DNA of 64,000 nucleotides from an uncultured Bacteroides sp. (lineage in GTDB: Bacteria; Bacteroidota; Bacteroidia; Bacteroidales; Bacteroidaceae), in NCBI GenBank assembly GCA_944322345.1, contig CALUOO010000007.1, forward strand, positions 57,198 to 121,197. The letters run 5' to 3'. The notes under the pieces were generated by a model that saw nothing but the letters and a program-made list of their open reading frames with translations, ran no database searches and was not told the origin of the DNA. Shown here piece after piece: positions 62,167 to 64,000 of this stretch. How positions within the stretch are numbered: the first letter of the stretch is position 1; each line of letters begins with the position of its first letter. The position numbers and the translations under genes were made by a program.

Positions 62167-63093
62167 ATGATTAACAGAGTTCTTATTCGTCTTAAGATTA
62201 TACAAATTGTATATGCTTATCATCAAAATGGCAGCAAAAATTTAGATGCAGCGGAAAAAGAGTTATTTTTTAGCCTTTCTAAAGCATATGACCTTTACAA
62301 CTATTTATTAATGCTAATGATAGCTATAACCGAGTATGCACAAAAACGTATTGATGCTGCAAAAGCTAAACTTGCGCCAACCACAGAAGAATTGTATCCT
62401 AACACAAAATTCATAGAAAATAAATTTATTGCTCAATTAGAAATAAACAAGCAATTGACCAATTTTGCAACAAATCAAAAAAGGACATGGGCGAACGACC
62501 AAGATTTCATCAAAGGACTTTATGATAAAATCATTACCTCTGATATCTATCAAAGCTATATGAACTCCGAAGAAAATTCATACATAGCAGACAGAGAATT
62601 ATGGAGAAAAATCTATAAAACGTTCATTTTCAACAATGATTCGCTTGACCAAGTGTTAGAAGATCAAAGTCTATATTGGAATGATGACAAAGAAATTGTA
62701 GACACATTTGTTTTAAAAACTATCAAACGTTTTGAAGAGAAGAATGGAGCAGATCAAGAATTACTTCCAGAATTCAAAGATGATGAAGATCGAGAATTTG
62801 CTCGCCGCTTATTCCGCCGTTCAATCTTAAATGCAGATTACTATCGGCATCTTATTAGTGAAAATACTAAAAATTGGGATTTAGACAGAATTGCATTCAT
62901 GGATATCATCATTATGCAAACAGCACTAGCTGAAATATTAAGTTTTCCCAATATTCCAATTAGTGTATCTTTAAATGAATATGTTGAAATAGCTAAACTA
63001 TACAGCACCTTCAAAAGTGGTAGTTTTATCAATGGAACCTTAGATGGAATTGTCAACCGGCTCAAGAAAGAAGGAAAATTAACTAAGAACTAA
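62167..63093 (+). CDS. nusB: Transcription antitermination factor NusB (Bacteroidetes long form)
   Basis: Start MINRVLIR at 62167 downstream of TACTTTTG at 62128-62135; NWDLDRIA, NEYVEIAK and FINGTLD motifs. Confidence 0.93.
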   Translation: MINRVLIRLKIIQIVYAYHQNGSKNLDAAEKELFFSLSKAYDLYNYLLMLMIAITEYAQKRIDAAKAKLAPTTEELYPNTKFIENKFIAQLEINKQLTNFATNQKRTWANDQDFIKGLYDKIITSDIYQSYMNSEENSYIADRELWRKIYKTFIFNNDSLDQVLEDQSLYWNDDKEIVDTFVLKTIKRFEEKNGADQELLPEFKDDEDREFARRLFRRSILNADYYRHLISENTKNWDLDRIAFMDIIIMQTALAEILSFPNIPISVSLNEYVEIAKLYSTFKSGSFINGTLDGIVNRLKKEGKLTKN

Positions 63094-63135
63094 AAAATTC
63101 TGTATATTATAACTAAAGAATCAAAAGCAATTATT

Positions 63136-63456
63136 ATGAATTTATTAACCGTACTTATGCAAGCTCCAGCTCCAGCAAATAATGGAGCCATGATGTGGAT
63201 TATGCTGATAGCAATGTTTGTTATCATGTATATTTTTATGATTCGTCCACAAAACAAAAAACAAAAAGAATTAGCAAACTTCCGTAAATGCCTTGAAGTA
63301 AATCAACAAGTAATAACTGCTGGTGGAATTTACGGAAAAATAAAAGAAATAGAAGATAACTATGTTATTCTAGAAATAGATCATGACGTCAAAATTAAAA
63401 TAGACAAAAATTCTATTTTTGCAGATGCTTCGTCTACTATCACACAGTCTAAGTGA
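63136..63456 (+). CDS. yajC: Preprotein translocase subunit YajC
   Basis: MYIFMIRPQNKKQK and VITAGGIYG motifs. Confidence 0.96.
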   Translation: MNLLTVLMQAPAPANNGAMMWIMLIAMFVIMYIFMIRPQNKKQKELANFRKCLEVNQQVITAGGIYGKIKEIEDNYVILEIDHDVKIKIDKNSIFADASSTITQSK

Positions 63457-63477
63457 TAAAAGTCAAACTATGTCATT

Positions 63478-64000
63478 ATGTTAAATCGTAAAAAAATACG
63501 ATATATACAATCAATGTATTTCAAACAAATTAAGAATTTCCTGCTCAGTGATAAGAGCAGGGAGTTCTTTATTTTTTTATTCTTCTTTTTTATCGCAAGT
63601 GGTTTTTGGCTGCTTCAAACACTAAATAATGATTACGAAACAGAATTTTCTATTCCTATACGGATAAAAGGAATTCCTAATGAAATATTACTAACCTCTG
63701 AGCCTGCCACCGAGATTCACATAAAAGTAAAAGACAAAGGGACAGTTCTTTTAAATTATATGTTAGGAAAAAGTTTCTTCCCTGTTAATCTTAATTTCGA
63801 GGATTATAAAGAGAGAGGAAATCATGTAAAAATTGCAATAAGTGAAATTGAAAAAAAAATATTGAGTCAACTTAACACATCTTCTAAAATCCTCTCAATA
63901 AGACCTGATACATTAGAATACATCTATTCTGCTGGCAAATCTAAACTAATTCCGATACGTTTTTTAGGAAAAGTTTCTGCAGAATCACAATACTATATAT
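63478..64000 (+). CDS. YbbR/CdaR-like protein, 5' partial
   Basis: Reads MLNRKK...REFFIFLFFFFIASGFWLLQTLNNDYETEFSIPI... and runs off the window; position after yajC fits. Confidence 0.75.
   Translation, partial: MLNRKKIRYIQSMYFKQIKNFLLSDKSREFFIFLFFFFIASGFWLLQTLNNDYETEFSIPIRIKGIPNEILLTSEPATEIHIKVKDKGTVLLNYMLGKSFFPVNLNFEDYKERGNHVKIAISEIEKKILSQLNTSSKILSIRPDTLEYIYSAGKSKLIPIRFLGKVSAESQYYI

Overview
This is a chromosomal window from a Bacteroides-like organism, judged from gene content, gene order and many TAnnTTTG -7 promoter elements. It is mostly housekeeping genes: pheS 3' end, nth, pgk, a Na+-pumping methylmalonyl-CoA decarboxylase operon, fba, L31, an oxaloacetate decarboxylase operon, prfC, the dnaN-exonuclease-coaBC-recN-rlmB run, PFOR, ferritin, lysC/lysA, his genes, purU, three tRNAs, rplY/pth, nusB and yajC. 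One AT-rich accessory region (~17.43-24.85 kb) lies between rpmE2 and oadB and has no integrase. It carries the best candidate for a new system: a translationally coupled four-gene operon (FkbH-like HAD phosphatase, two different DUF488 proteins, a dual-OB-like protein). The operon is preceded by a ~330-nt, highly base-paired leader with terminator/antiterminator and cis-antisense-like features, and by a phased 22-bp repeat array. Downstream are a two-gene cassette bounded by ~250-bp direct repeats made of gene remnants, and an ADP-ribosylglycohydrolase. Elsewhere there is a dispersed family of 23-bp-period palindromic repeats at three loci and a 40-41-bp tandem hairpin array. All domain calls come from motif recognition by eye; no database searches were run.
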